From NCBI GenBank assembly GCA_963791725.1, contig CAWBTQ010000003.1, positions 129,441 to 193,440 on the forward strand: 64,000 nucleotides of DNA, given 5' to 3'. This stretch comes from an uncultured Chloroflexia bacterium. GTDB lineage: Bacteria; Chloroflexota; Limnocylindria; Limnocylindrales; CSP1-4. Position numbers and translations under genes: made by a program. Below, piece by piece: positions 1 through 8,478 of the stretch. The notes below the pieces were generated by a model. It worked only from the letters and a program-made list of their open reading frames with translations. It did no database searches and was not told the DNA's origin. Within the stretch, counting starts at the first letter, position 1. The number at the start of each line of letters is the position of its first letter.

Positions 1-38
1 AACGGTGGCAACCCGACGATGAGGACGTCGCAGCTCAC
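1..38 (-). CDS. 5' end of a gene downstream of ArsR (partial, runs off window; MSCDVLIVGLPP...)
   Basis: GTG at 38 overlaps the ArsR stop (GTGA coupling); frame open to the window edge. Confidence 0.4.
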   Translation of the reverse strand, partial: MSCDVLIVGLPP

Positions 39-451
39 GAACGGGCACCGGGGTAGGAGCCGAAGTCGGGCAGCCTGGGGGTGATTGGCCGATTGCCCCG
101 CTCGGGGCCGCAGTCTGAGCAGAGGCAAGAGGCGGCCGTCTCGTCGGTCGGCGTCAGGAGGCCGGTGATTGCCGCGCGCAGCCGTTCGAGGGCATCGAGG
201 TCGAGTGAGTAGTAGACCCACCGGCCACTACGGCGTTCTCGCAAGAGGCCGCTGTCTCGAAGCGCGCGCAGGTGATGTGAGACGAGGGCGGGGCTAAGGG
301 CGAGAGTATCTCCTACGTCGCAGACGCAATGCTCGCCATGGCTCAGCAGCGCGACTATGCGCGCACGTGTCGGCTCGGCGATCGCCTGAAGACCGGACAT
401 CATCTCAGGTGCGAGAGCGGACGAGAGCGGGGCGCATGAGGTCGTGTTCAC
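35..451 (-). CDS. arsR: ArsR/SmtB family metalloregulator
   Basis: AEPTRARI...EHCVCD...LSPALVSHHLRALRDSGL...GRWVYYSL winged HTH; C-terminal CLCSDC; TAGAAT 6 nt before GTG. Confidence 0.9.
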   Translation of the reverse strand: MNTTSCAPLSSALAPEMMSGLQAIAEPTRARIVALLSHGEHCVCDVGDTLALSPALVSHHLRALRDSGLLRERRSGRWVYYSLDLDALERLRAAITGLLTPTDETAASCLCSDCGPERGNRPITPRLPDFGSYPGARS

Positions 452-519
452 GCTGCCATTCTAACAGACATTATTATAACAAGGGTTTGCGCATCCGCCC
501 CCTGCGCCGGTTTCGGGGA

Positions 520-574
520 CGCGCGGACGACCTCCAGGCTGAGCTTCCCGTAGCTGAGTCAGCGATTGCACAAG
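520..574 (+). repeat. 55-bp imperfect direct repeat of recombinase-internal sequence 14874-14928
   Basis: 49/55 identity by manual alignment, with a perfect 22-mer GCTGAGTCAGCGATTGCACAAG (553-574 = 14907-14928). Confidence 0.85.
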
Positions 575-600
575 GGCGTGGGCGGACCCCGCCGGATCAC

Positions 601-1065
601 TCAGGTGCGGCGTTCGTCGACGATCACGCTCCCGACGTAGACGAACAGTGGGACCAGCAGGGCGATGACGAGGTAGTTCCACAGCCCATCACCCTCAAGG
701 GACGGAAGGTCTCCGTTCGACGCGAACGAGGCCCACATCAAGCCGACGTATACGACGACTGCCGACACCCAGTAGGCTCGCTGGCCCGCCCGTTGCCGAA
801 TCTGGACCCCCCGCTCGTCCCACTCCTCGACTACGAGTCGGCGGGCGACTTCTCCGTTCGAAATCGCCGGCCGGTACCGGACCAGCAGTCCGACTCCGAG
901 CCCGCTGAAGACGATGCCTAGGCCACCCAAGATGCGCAGGTTCCACGGGAAGTCCGGGTAAGCACGCGCCAACACGAGTGATGCCGCGAAGATCAGGATC
1001 CCGGATGCCAGGAGCAGCCAGCCGGCGCGGACTCGTGTCCGGAGCCAGGTCGTTCGATCAGTCAT
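601..1065 (-). CDS. Membrane protein, DUF2178-like, partner of XRE regulator
   Basis: About 4 hydrophobic segments, DER...I..RA motif; ATGA-coupled to the upstream HTH gene. Confidence 0.7.
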   Translation of the reverse strand: MTDRTTWLRTRVRAGWLLLASGILIFAASLVLARAYPDFPWNLRILGGLGIVFSGLGVGLLVRYRPAISNGEVARRLVVEEWDERGVQIRQRAGQRAYWVSAVVVYVGLMWASFASNGDLPSLEGDGLWNYLVIALLVPLFVYVGSVIVDERRT

Positions 1066-1265
1066 TGGTCGCCCTCCTCGTACAGGAACAGGTCTTCTAT
1101 CTGCGTGCCCAAGAGACGGGCTAGGCGGAAAGCCAGCAAGATCGATGGGTTGTAGCGGCCGCGTTCGAGCGAAATGATGGTCTGCCGGGAAACCTCTGCC
1201 CGATCGGCCAGCTCTTGCTGCGTCCAGCTTCGACTCGTGCGTTTCTCTTCCAGCCGGTTCTTCAT
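1062..1265 (-). CDS. XRE/Cro family HTH transcriptional regulator
   Basis: MKNRLEEKR...TQQELAD...VSRQTIISLERGRYNPSILLAFRLA. Confidence 0.92.
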   Translation of the reverse strand: MKNRLEEKRTSRSWTQQELADRAEVSRQTIISLERGRYNPSILLAFRLARLLGTQIEDLFLYEEGDQ

Positions 1266-1277
1266 GGCCCGCTTCGA

Positions 1278-1328
1278 TGTAAAGCTAGCTTGACCTCAGG
1301 ATTGTAAAGCGCACTTTACATCTGTCAA
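1278..1328 (-). promoter_or_regulatory. sigma70 promoter (TTGACA-N16-TACAAT) with two palindromic operators
   Basis: -35 at 1328-1323, -10 at 1306-1301; TGTAAAG-N4-CTTTACA 1303-1320; imperfect copy 1278-1295. Confidence 0.8.
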
Positions 1329-1542
1329 GCAGCAAAATGGGAAGCGTTGCCGGCGTCGGCTGGAGAGGCACAGTCAGCTCGGCGGCATCCGACGACGACG
1401 ATGGCACGGAGAGCGACCGGGAAGTTGGTAGAGCAGAGTAATCGGTATGCGAACCGCCCGGTCGGGTCGATCCGGCGGTCGCTGGCAGTGAGTCCGATAC
1501 GTCGGCCGCGCTGATCCGTCCGGACGTAAGAAACCCGGACCG

Positions 1543-1953
1543 CTAGGTCGAATCCGAGCGCCGCGCCGCCGACTTGCCTGCAATCTGGGCGGCTCCGAAG
1601 GCTGACTGAACGTTCTCCGCCCAGAACTCTCGGTAGTGCTCACGTGTCGTCTCGACGTACGGGAGCCGTTGGGCTACCAGCTCACCAGGGGTGAGGCCGT
1701 CGAATTGCAGGCCCCGCTTCGCCGCGAGGTCGAAGTACCTGTTGTCCGCCGTGTTGTAGAACAAGCAGGCAGTAATGATGTAGTCAAGGTTGTCGCGGTT
1801 GGGATGGCCCTTCGGCAGGAGGTGGTCCCAGGAGAGCGACAGCCAGTTGGCGAAAGCTTCGGTCCCATCGAGGCCACAGTAGCGGCACCGAAAACCGTCG
1901 CGACGGTGGACGGGCAGCGCGTAGCCCCGAAGCGCGTCGGTGAACCCAACCAC
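1543..1953 (-). CDS. HNH endonuclease (McrA-like), standalone
   Basis: HRRDGFRCRYCG...WDHLLPK...NLDYIITACLFYN; GAGGAG RBS before GTG 1953. Confidence 0.8.
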   Translation of the reverse strand: MVGFTDALRGYALPVHRRDGFRCRYCGLDGTEAFANWLSLSWDHLLPKGHPNRDNLDYIITACLFYNTADNRYFDLAAKRGLQFDGLTPGELVAQRLPYVETTREHYREFWAENVQSAFGAAQIAGKSAARRSDST

Positions 1954-1996
1954 GTTGGATCTCCTCTCGCTACACAGACCAATACCGGCCGATGCC

Positions 1997-4918
1997 GCTT
2001 CAATCCCCAGCCGGACGAGGATCATCGGTTCGATCAGTTTCGGCGGGTTTCAACCCTCAGCCGGCGACGTCGCCGGCTGCAACATGAGCGATCGCTTCGG
2101 CGTGGAACGGCTGCACGGTCTGGTTTCAACCCTCAGCCGGCGACGTCGCCGGCTGCAACATCACTTGCCGGCGATGAGACTGGCGGTCTTGGTGAAGTTT
2201 CAACCCTCAGCCGGCGACGTCGCCGGCTGCAACAGGGCTCCGCCACCACCAGCCCGTTCGTCACCCTGTTTCAACCCTCAGCCGGCGACGTCGCCGGCTG
2301 CAACCTCACGCACTCAGGCGACGGGCGGCCACCTAATCGGTTTCAACCCTCAGCCGGCGACGTCGCCGGCTGCAACGCGCCTAGCGCGGCGCGCGAGGTA
2401 GAACGTAGAACGTTGTTTCAACCCTCAGCCGGCGACGTCGCCGGCTGCAACGCAAGCAGTCGGGCGGCATCCTCACGTTGATCGGGTTTCAACCCTCAGC
2501 CGGCGACGTCGCCGGCTGCAACCGCCCTCGGCGATGTAGGACTCGTCCTCTTCCACACGTTTCAACCCTCAGCCGGCGGGACGTAGCGGGCCGCGGTCGG
2601 GGCCAGAAGGTTTCAACCCTCAGCCGGCGACGTCGCCGGCTGCAACGAGGCGCACCCGGGGCTCGCCGATGCGCTCGACAGTTTCAACCCTCAGCCGGCG
2701 ACGTCGCCGGCTGCAACCTTGAGGACCTCCATCACGGCCTCACGGCGTTCTTTAGTTTCAACCCTCAGCCGGCGACGTCGCCGGCTGCAACCCGCCGGCA
2801 ACGCCCAAGGTGTTTCCCTGCTGGTCAACGTTTCAACCCTCAGCCGGCGACGTCGCCGGCTGCAACACGCCGGCGTTCGTCCAGATCCCCGAGACCATCG
2901 TCAAGTTTCAACCCTCAGCCGGCGACGTCGCCGGCTGCAACAGCGCCGATACGAGCGGTGTTTTGATGAGCAGATCTGGTTTCAACCCTCAGCCGGCGAC
3001 GTCGCCGGCTGCAACTGCCACGCGGACAGGCTCACGGCCGCGACGTTGGTCTTGTTTCAACCCTCAGCCGGCGACGTCGCCGGCTGCAACCCCACGCTCG
3101 CAGTGCACGCCACACTCGGCGCAGTCGTTTCAACCCTCAGCCGGCGACGTCGCCGGCTGCAACCCGGCTGCGGCGGTCGCGGCCGAGCTGATCAGCGACA
3201 CGTTTCAACCCTCAGCCGGCGACGTCGCCGGCTGCAACCTTACAAACCCACGCCGCAGCGCTTCGGCCATCTGGTTTCAACCCTCAGCCGGCGACGTCGC
3301 CGGCTGCAACTCGAACTGCTCGAAGAGATGCAGCGCAGCCGAGAGGTTTCAACCCTCAGCCGGCGACGTCGCCGGCTGCAACGCCTCGGAGTCGAAGAAG
3401 ATCTGCTGCTGCTCGTTGATGTTTCAACCCTCAGCCGGCGACGTCGCCGGCTGCAACATGGCCTGCCGGCGGAGGTGGGCGAAGGCGTCGAGCAGTTTCA
3501 ACCCTCAGCCGGCGACGTCGCCGGCTGCAACTAGGCGATCAGGCCGCTATTGAAGGTCTGGTTGTAGTTTCAACCCTCAGCCGGCGACGTCGCCGGCTGC
3601 AACCGGGCGCGTCTCGGCCGGCTACCAGCGCCGATACGTTTCAACCCTCAGCCGGCGACGTCGCCGGCTGCAACATCGGCGGTGCTTGCGGCGGTGCTTG
3701 GACTTCTCGTTTCAACCCTCAGCCGGCGACGTCGCCGGCTGCAACACGGCAAATTCCGCGTGCGCAAATGCACCGTCATCCGCGTTTCAACCCTCAGCCG
3801 GCGACGTCGCCGGCTGCAACACGGCCCACACGACCGCGTCACGCTGATGGGGTTTGAGTTTCAACCCTCAGCCGGCGACGTCGCCGGCTGCAACCACCAG
3901 ATTGCCGCCGCTACGAACCCGGCGAGCCCGTTTCAACCCTCAGCCGGCGACGTCGCCGGCTGCAACGCCGACGTACGTCGTGGTGAACAAGTTCAGCATC
4001 GCGAGTTTCAACCCTCAGCCGGCGACGTCGCCGGCTGCAACCCATTACAAGGCCGTTGAGCTCGTCGTCGTCGAACCCGTTTCAACCCTCAGCCGGCGAC
4101 GTCGCCGGCTGCAACCAGCCCCCGCTTGCGGGGGTTTGGGGGAATCAGTAGGTTTCAACCCTCAGCCGGCGACGTCGCCGGCTGCAACTCGCCGAGTTCG
4201 GGGTCCTCGCCAGTTCAAAGCAAGTTTCAACCCTCAGCCGGCGACGTCGCCGGCTGCAACTTCGCGCCGCCGTCTGCAGAGCAGACGCCGAGCATGTTTC
4301 AACCCTCAGCCGGCGACGTCGCCGGCTGCAACCGTGATTTCGGCCTTGCATCAGGAAGGCGATCGCTTCGTTTCAACCCTCAGCCGGCGACGTCGCCGGC
4401 TGCAACTCCTTGAGGAAGACGCGACGCTCGAGGTCGGCGAGTTTCAACCCTCAGCCGGCGACGTCGCCGGCTGCAACCCCGTAACCTGCGGATCCACAGC
4501 CCGAAGGTTGTGAGCACGTTTCAACCCTCAGCCGGCGACGTCGCCGGCTGCAACCGTTGCGCTTTGCACAGGCTTTGACCAGGGCGCGACCGTTTCAACC
4601 CTCAGCCGGCGACGTCGCCGGCTGCAACGTGACCCGATCGCTGTCCCTCGCGCAGATCATGAAGTTTCAACCCTCAGCCGGCGACGTCGCCGGCTGCAAC
4701 ACGTATTCCTCGACGAGATACGAGGTCGGCGCCACGTTTCAACCCTCAGCCGGCGACGTCGCCGGCTGCAACCCTCCTATGCGGTGAAGTAGGCCGTGAT
4801 GTCGATGACGTTTCAACCCTCAGCCGGCGACGTCGCCGGCTGCAACTGGCAGAGCCCGTCGTTGACGCGGTAGCCGTAGGGGTTTCAACCCTCAGCCGGC
4901 GACGTCGCCGGCTGCAAC
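1997..4918 (-). CRISPR. Type I-C CRISPR array: 37-bp repeat GTTGCAGCCGGCGACGTCGCCGGCTGAGGGTTGAAAC; 40 repeats 2047-4918 (one aberrant at 2559) plus a degenerate terminal half-repeat 1997-2014; spacers about 34-40 nt
   Basis: Repeats counted manually; GAAAC 3' end; leader next to cas2 and degenerate repeat at the far end define minus-strand orientation. Confidence 0.98.
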
Positions 4919-5081
4919 AGCAACAGAGTGTACCTAACCGCCCAACCAGCCCTATATGTAGCGGTTTCGTCTCCGAGATACGCACGCCAATCGGTCGCCG
5001 GCGACCACTCGCCTACTGCTGACCTCAGAATTTGCGCGGACCGCACGCTCAGCGGCGCCCGCGCCGGAGATTTGCGCCTGG
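4919..5081 (-). promoter_or_regulatory. CRISPR leader
   Basis: Noncoding gap between cas2 and first repeat; TACACT -10-like hexamer at 4932-4927; ATTTGCGC direct repeats at 5030 and 5070; 14-bp palindrome 4993-5006. Confidence 0.8.
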
Positions 5082-5372
5082 CTACAGGACGAGCGGGTCG
5101 TGAATGTCATAGGCGACTTGCCGACCAAAGGTCCGGACGTATGACGCTCGGGGCTCCAGGAGTCGATAGATGCGAAGGCTGTCCTCCAGCTCTGACATCT
5201 CACGTCTAAGCCGCGAGATCAGCCTCGCCAGCTGGGCTTCATCCAGCTGGCACTCGAACACCGACTTCTGCACGCGTTGGCCATGTGCCTCACAAACCTG
5301 CGCCACCCGCCGCAACCGCTGCCGGCCGGCCGCGGTTTCCGTGGCCACGTCGTACGCAACTAGCAGCTCCAT
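5082..5372 (-). CDS. cas2: CRISPR-associated endonuclease Cas2
   Basis: LVAYDV...RLRRVAQVCE.HGQRVQKSVFEC...DSLRIYRL. Confidence 0.97.
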   Translation of the reverse strand: MELLVAYDVATETAAGRQRLRRVAQVCEAHGQRVQKSVFECQLDEAQLARLISRLRREMSELEDSLRIYRLLEPRASYVRTFGRQVAYDIHDPLVL

Positions 5373-5385
5373 TCATGGACTCCGG

Positions 5386-6414
5386 TTAGCGATGGAGGTA
5401 AGGCAGGTACACGTCCACGTCGCCCCGTAGATGACGGGCGAGGAGACGCGCTTGGACATGCGGAACGAGACCAAGTGGCAGCTTCTGGCGCAGCGCTGTG
5501 TGTCGCACCTCTTCCTCCTTTCGCTTCTGGTAGGCCGTTAGAACGAGGCGCCGGCCGTCCTCGGAGAGGTAAGTTGCGCCCCCGGGCTGGACATCGAAGT
5601 GCGCCGGGCGTAGTTGCCGTCGGTTGAGGAGGCTAAGCGCCAGTCTGTCAGCAACCACCGGCCGCAGTTCCTCCATCAGATCGAGCGCAAGAGCGGGCCG
5701 TCCCGGGCGGAGCGCATGCAGAAACCCAACCTGCGGGTCCAGACCAACTCCTTCAAGCGCGGCGGAACACTCCGAGCGCAGGAGGGCATACAGGAACGAG
5801 AGCAGTGCGTTCGCAGGATCGCGAGGCGGGCGTCGCGTCCGCCCGGCCGGACCCATGGCCACGTCGTCGCGAACCAGGCAGCGGAGTGCCGCGAAATAGA
5901 CGCGCCCGGCTTCGCCCTCGCACCCGAGCACCTCGCCGAGCTGCGCGGCGTCGCGGAGGCGGGGGAAGATCGCCGCGAGCCGGGCCGCCGCAACCGAGAG
6001 CTGCTCCCGGTCCGCCTCCGTCGGGGCGTCCCGGGCAGCCCGAAGCACGAGGCGGCGGCAGTTCTGGATCTTCCCCGCCACAAACTCCCGCGCCAGAAGG
6101 CTCGTATGCTCCTGATCGCAGAGAGCTAGGTGCTGTGCCCGCCGCAGGAGCACGTTACCCCGGGTCTGGCCTTCGACGCGAGCCTTGAACCGGCCGTGTT
6201 CATCGAGCCACACCAGACTCCTGCCGTCCTCTGCGCAGCGTTCGATTACGTAGGGCGTGAGAGTGACTCGGCCAAAGACAACCACGCCATTCAACCGGAG
6301 CAACGGAACGCGCAGGCGAGTCTCGTGCTCGACTTCCACCCGAAGAGTGTCGTGCTCGACGTGAATAACGGCACCCTGAGTCATCACATACAGGACGTTC
6401 AGTAGCTCACGCAT
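5386..6414 (-). CDS. cas1: Type I-C Cas1
   Basis: LLNVLYVMTQGA...GNVLLRRAQ...EGEAGRVYF...RRPPRDPANALLSFLY...LALDLMEELRP; start reassigned to ATG 6414. Confidence 0.97.
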   Translation of the reverse strand: MRELLNVLYVMTQGAVIHVEHDTLRVEVEHETRLRVPLLRLNGVVVFGRVTLTPYVIERCAEDGRSLVWLDEHGRFKARVEGQTRGNVLLRRAQHLALCDQEHTSLLAREFVAGKIQNCRRLVLRAARDAPTEADREQLSVAAARLAAIFPRLRDAAQLGEVLGCEGEAGRVYFAALRCLVRDDVAMGPAGRTRRPPRDPANALLSFLYALLRSECSAALEGVGLDPQVGFLHALRPGRPALALDLMEELRPVVADRLALSLLNRRQLRPAHFDVQPGGATYLSEDGRRLVLTAYQKRKEEEVRHTALRQKLPLGLVPHVQARLLARHLRGDVDVYLPYLHR

Positions 6415-7057
6415 CGTCTTTGCCCTCGGCTGGTCGGAAGAGAGCGCTGCCAAGGCCAGCAACCCGGTGTCGGTCACTCACCAGTCCCGGAAGGCAAGCC
6501 TCCCGGAGAGAGCACCATCGACAGCGCCGCCGATCGGTGATCGGCGGCGGAACGACCTGGCGCTGGAGCAGGCCGCGGACCCCTTCGATCGCCTCAGCTG
6601 TATGGGTGCGCAGCCGCTCATCGAGCATGACCTCGCGTCGTCGACGTTCCGCATGCTGGTAGATCGAACCTGTCGGCACTACTTGGCCGAACATCTCCTC
6701 AAGGCAGAACGCCTGAGCGCAGAGTTGCAAGTCGGCGTGGATGCCGCCCCTGCGACCGGACTTGTACTCGATCGGATATGGGCCGGCCGGCCGCAACTCG
6801 ACAACATCGGCTTTGCCGATCAGGCCGTATCGTTCCGACCACAGCGGGAGTGCGCGTAGCACCCTGACGCCGCGGGAACTCTCGCCCATCCCAGCGTCCA
6901 CGACCTCGTGGAGCAGATGGCCGCGAACCGTGTACAGGTTCTCGTCGAACGTCTGCTCCACGTGGATCAGCCCGCACTGACGCGGGCAGTAGCTGAAGTG
7001 CTCGACAGCCGAGATGGGCACGTCCAGGCGGCTCGTGCCGGCATCGTCCTCGTCCAT
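6407..7057 (-). CDS. cas4: CRISPR-associated exonuclease Cas4
   Basis: HFSYCPRQ, GKADVVE, PIEYKSG, QLCAQAFCLEEM, C-terminal CRWCSLREAC Fe-S motif. Confidence 0.96.
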   Translation of the reverse strand: MDEDDAGTSRLDVPISAVEHFSYCPRQCGLIHVEQTFDENLYTVRGHLLHEVVDAGMGESSRGVRVLRALPLWSERYGLIGKADVVELRPAGPYPIEYKSGRRGGIHADLQLCAQAFCLEEMFGQVVPTGSIYQHAERRRREVMLDERLRTHTAEAIEGVRGLLQRQVVPPPITDRRRCRWCSLREACLPGLVSDRHRVAGLGSALFRPAEGKDDA

Positions 7058-7061
7058 GGCG

Positions 7062-8009
7062 TCAGCAGAGCCGAGTGATGGTCACACCGTCCGGAATGTT
7101 GGCCTCGTCAACCGCAACATCGTAGTCGTGGAAGGACCGCGGGACGGTCACTCCCGCGCGACGCCGAATTGCGATCCGTTCCAGAAGCTGGTGAGCCGGC
7201 GCATTGCCGAGACTGCTCTCGTGCGAGAACACGATGAGCCCACGGCAGGCCATCATCCCGCGTGCGGACGAACGGTCCAGATCCCACATCTGCGCAAGAG
7301 CCCGCCAGAAGAGCGCAAGGTCCTCCGAGGTCACGCCCGTCTGTGCGGCGAAATGCGGGTTGAAGAAGCCGTACGCCCGATACAGCCCGTAAGGGACGAT
7401 CGGCTTGCGGCCCATCTCGGTCCGCTTACCGCTGGTCTGCCCTGCCTCGCTAACGACGACCTTGGCTTCTTCCTCGCGGGTCACCGCTACCCGGGTAATG
7501 GAAAGATCGAGAGGCGTAATCGGATCGATCGAGCGGGCAAATGTGAGCTGGATCGGCCCTCGGACCTGGCCGCAATTGACCTCGGTCGTCATCACCGCGC
7601 CGAAGACACGAATGTCGTAGAAGTTCTCGCACATCCAAGGGCGCACCCTATCGATGTCCTCGCGCTTCTGCTTGGAGCCAGTTGATTTGATGTCGAGTGA
7701 CTCGTAAGCGCGGCGGTGCTGGGCGTTGAGCGCCCGACCGTCGCTCTCAACGTAGATCTTGAAGCGACTCGACTCGGGCGCTGCCACATCGCCGTGAACG
7801 GCTGCCACGAAGTCGCGGACCTTGCGCTTTATGGCTACGTCGGTGACGAGACCCTGCATCGTCTCCGGATCGACGCGGGGCAGATTGCCGGCGTCGGGGT
7901 CGCCGTTGGGATTGCCGTCGGCCACATCGAACAGGAGCATGAAGTCGTGCCGTCGATTGACGTCGATATGAGCCCCTGCCGGAGCAGCGGGCTGAACAGG
8001 TGTTGTCAT
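7062..8009 (-). CDS. cas7c: Type I-C Cas7/Csd2
   Basis: FDVADGNPNGDPDAGNLPR, VTDVAIKRKVR, CENFYDIRVFGAVM, VRGPIQL, GNAPAH. Confidence 0.97.
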   Translation of the reverse strand: MTTPVQPAAPAGAHIDVNRRHDFMLLFDVADGNPNGDPDAGNLPRVDPETMQGLVTDVAIKRKVRDFVAAVHGDVAAPESSRFKIYVESDGRALNAQHRRAYESLDIKSTGSKQKREDIDRVRPWMCENFYDIRVFGAVMTTEVNCGQVRGPIQLTFARSIDPITPLDLSITRVAVTREEEAKVVVSEAGQTSGKRTEMGRKPIVPYGLYRAYGFFNPHFAAQTGVTSEDLALFWRALAQMWDLDRSSARGMMACRGLIVFSHESSLGNAPAHQLLERIAIRRRAGVTVPRSFHDYDVAVDEANIPDGVTITRLC

Positions 8010-8040
8010 CGATCGATCTCCCTCGAAGGTTGCTGTGTTT

Positions 8041-8478
8041 CTATGCCCCGGGCTCGACTGACGCTTCAGCCGATGGTTCTTCGCTACCTTTGCGGCGTGC
8101 ATCGGCGCGGCGATGCATCTCGGCTCGGTCCTTGGCCCGCTGGTGGTAGTAGCCGAGAGCGAAGAGACCCTGCTCCTGCAACGTAAGAGTGGTTGGGAAT
8201 CCCGCGGGCGAGATCGCGGCGAGCACTTCCTCCAGCCGCCGCTCGATCGCGTGGTAGACGCCAGGTCGATCGCGTTCGAGTTTGGCCAGATGCGGCCGGG
8301 CCCCGTGGAGAAGCGTTCCGAAGACGCTCGCAGGGGCTGAAGATGCCGAGCCGTAGAAGCGATCGACCAGCGTTGCCGACAGATTCGGGATTGCCTCTCG
8401 CTGGGCTTCTTCGAGCACCGCTAGAAGCCGCCCGCAGTGATATGCCGGACGCGGTTCGCCAGACTCTAGTGACTCCAT
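8041..8478 (-). CDS. cas11c: Cas11c small subunit translated from an internal in-frame start in cas8c (145 aa)
   Basis: GGAGGG (8492-8487) 8 nt before in-frame ATG 8478, just ahead of the AYHCGRLLAVLE domain; internal Cas11 translation is known in type I-C. Confidence 0.75.
   Translation of the reverse strand: MESLESGEPRPAYHCGRLLAVLEEAQREAIPNLSATLVDRFYGSASSAPASVFGTLLHGARPHLAKLERDRPGVYHAIERRLEEVLAAISPAGFPTTLTLQEQGLFALGYYHQRAKDRAEMHRRADARRKGSEEPSAEASVEPGA

Noticed and set aside
367-921. 184-aa plus-strand ORF containing an LSR-like peptide
   Set aside because: Antisense to real genes; only the 55-bp remnant resembles the recombinase.
1423-1435. AGTTGGTAGAGCA resembles a tRNA D-arm, possible att remnant
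   Set aside because: No stems or T arm around it and it does not match the tRNA-Ile 3' end.
3675-3708. Spacer with an internal 12-nt direct repeat (CGGCGGTGCTTG x2)
   Set aside because: Likely just reflects a repetitive protospacer.
2047-4918. Self-targeting spacers within the window
   Set aside because: None noticed beyond about 10-nt chance matches; manual inspection is not exhaustive and BLASTN-short is needed.
1636-4985. Many long ORFs with repeating peptides (FQPSAGDVAGCN etc.)
   Set aside because: Translations of the CRISPR repeat, not genes.
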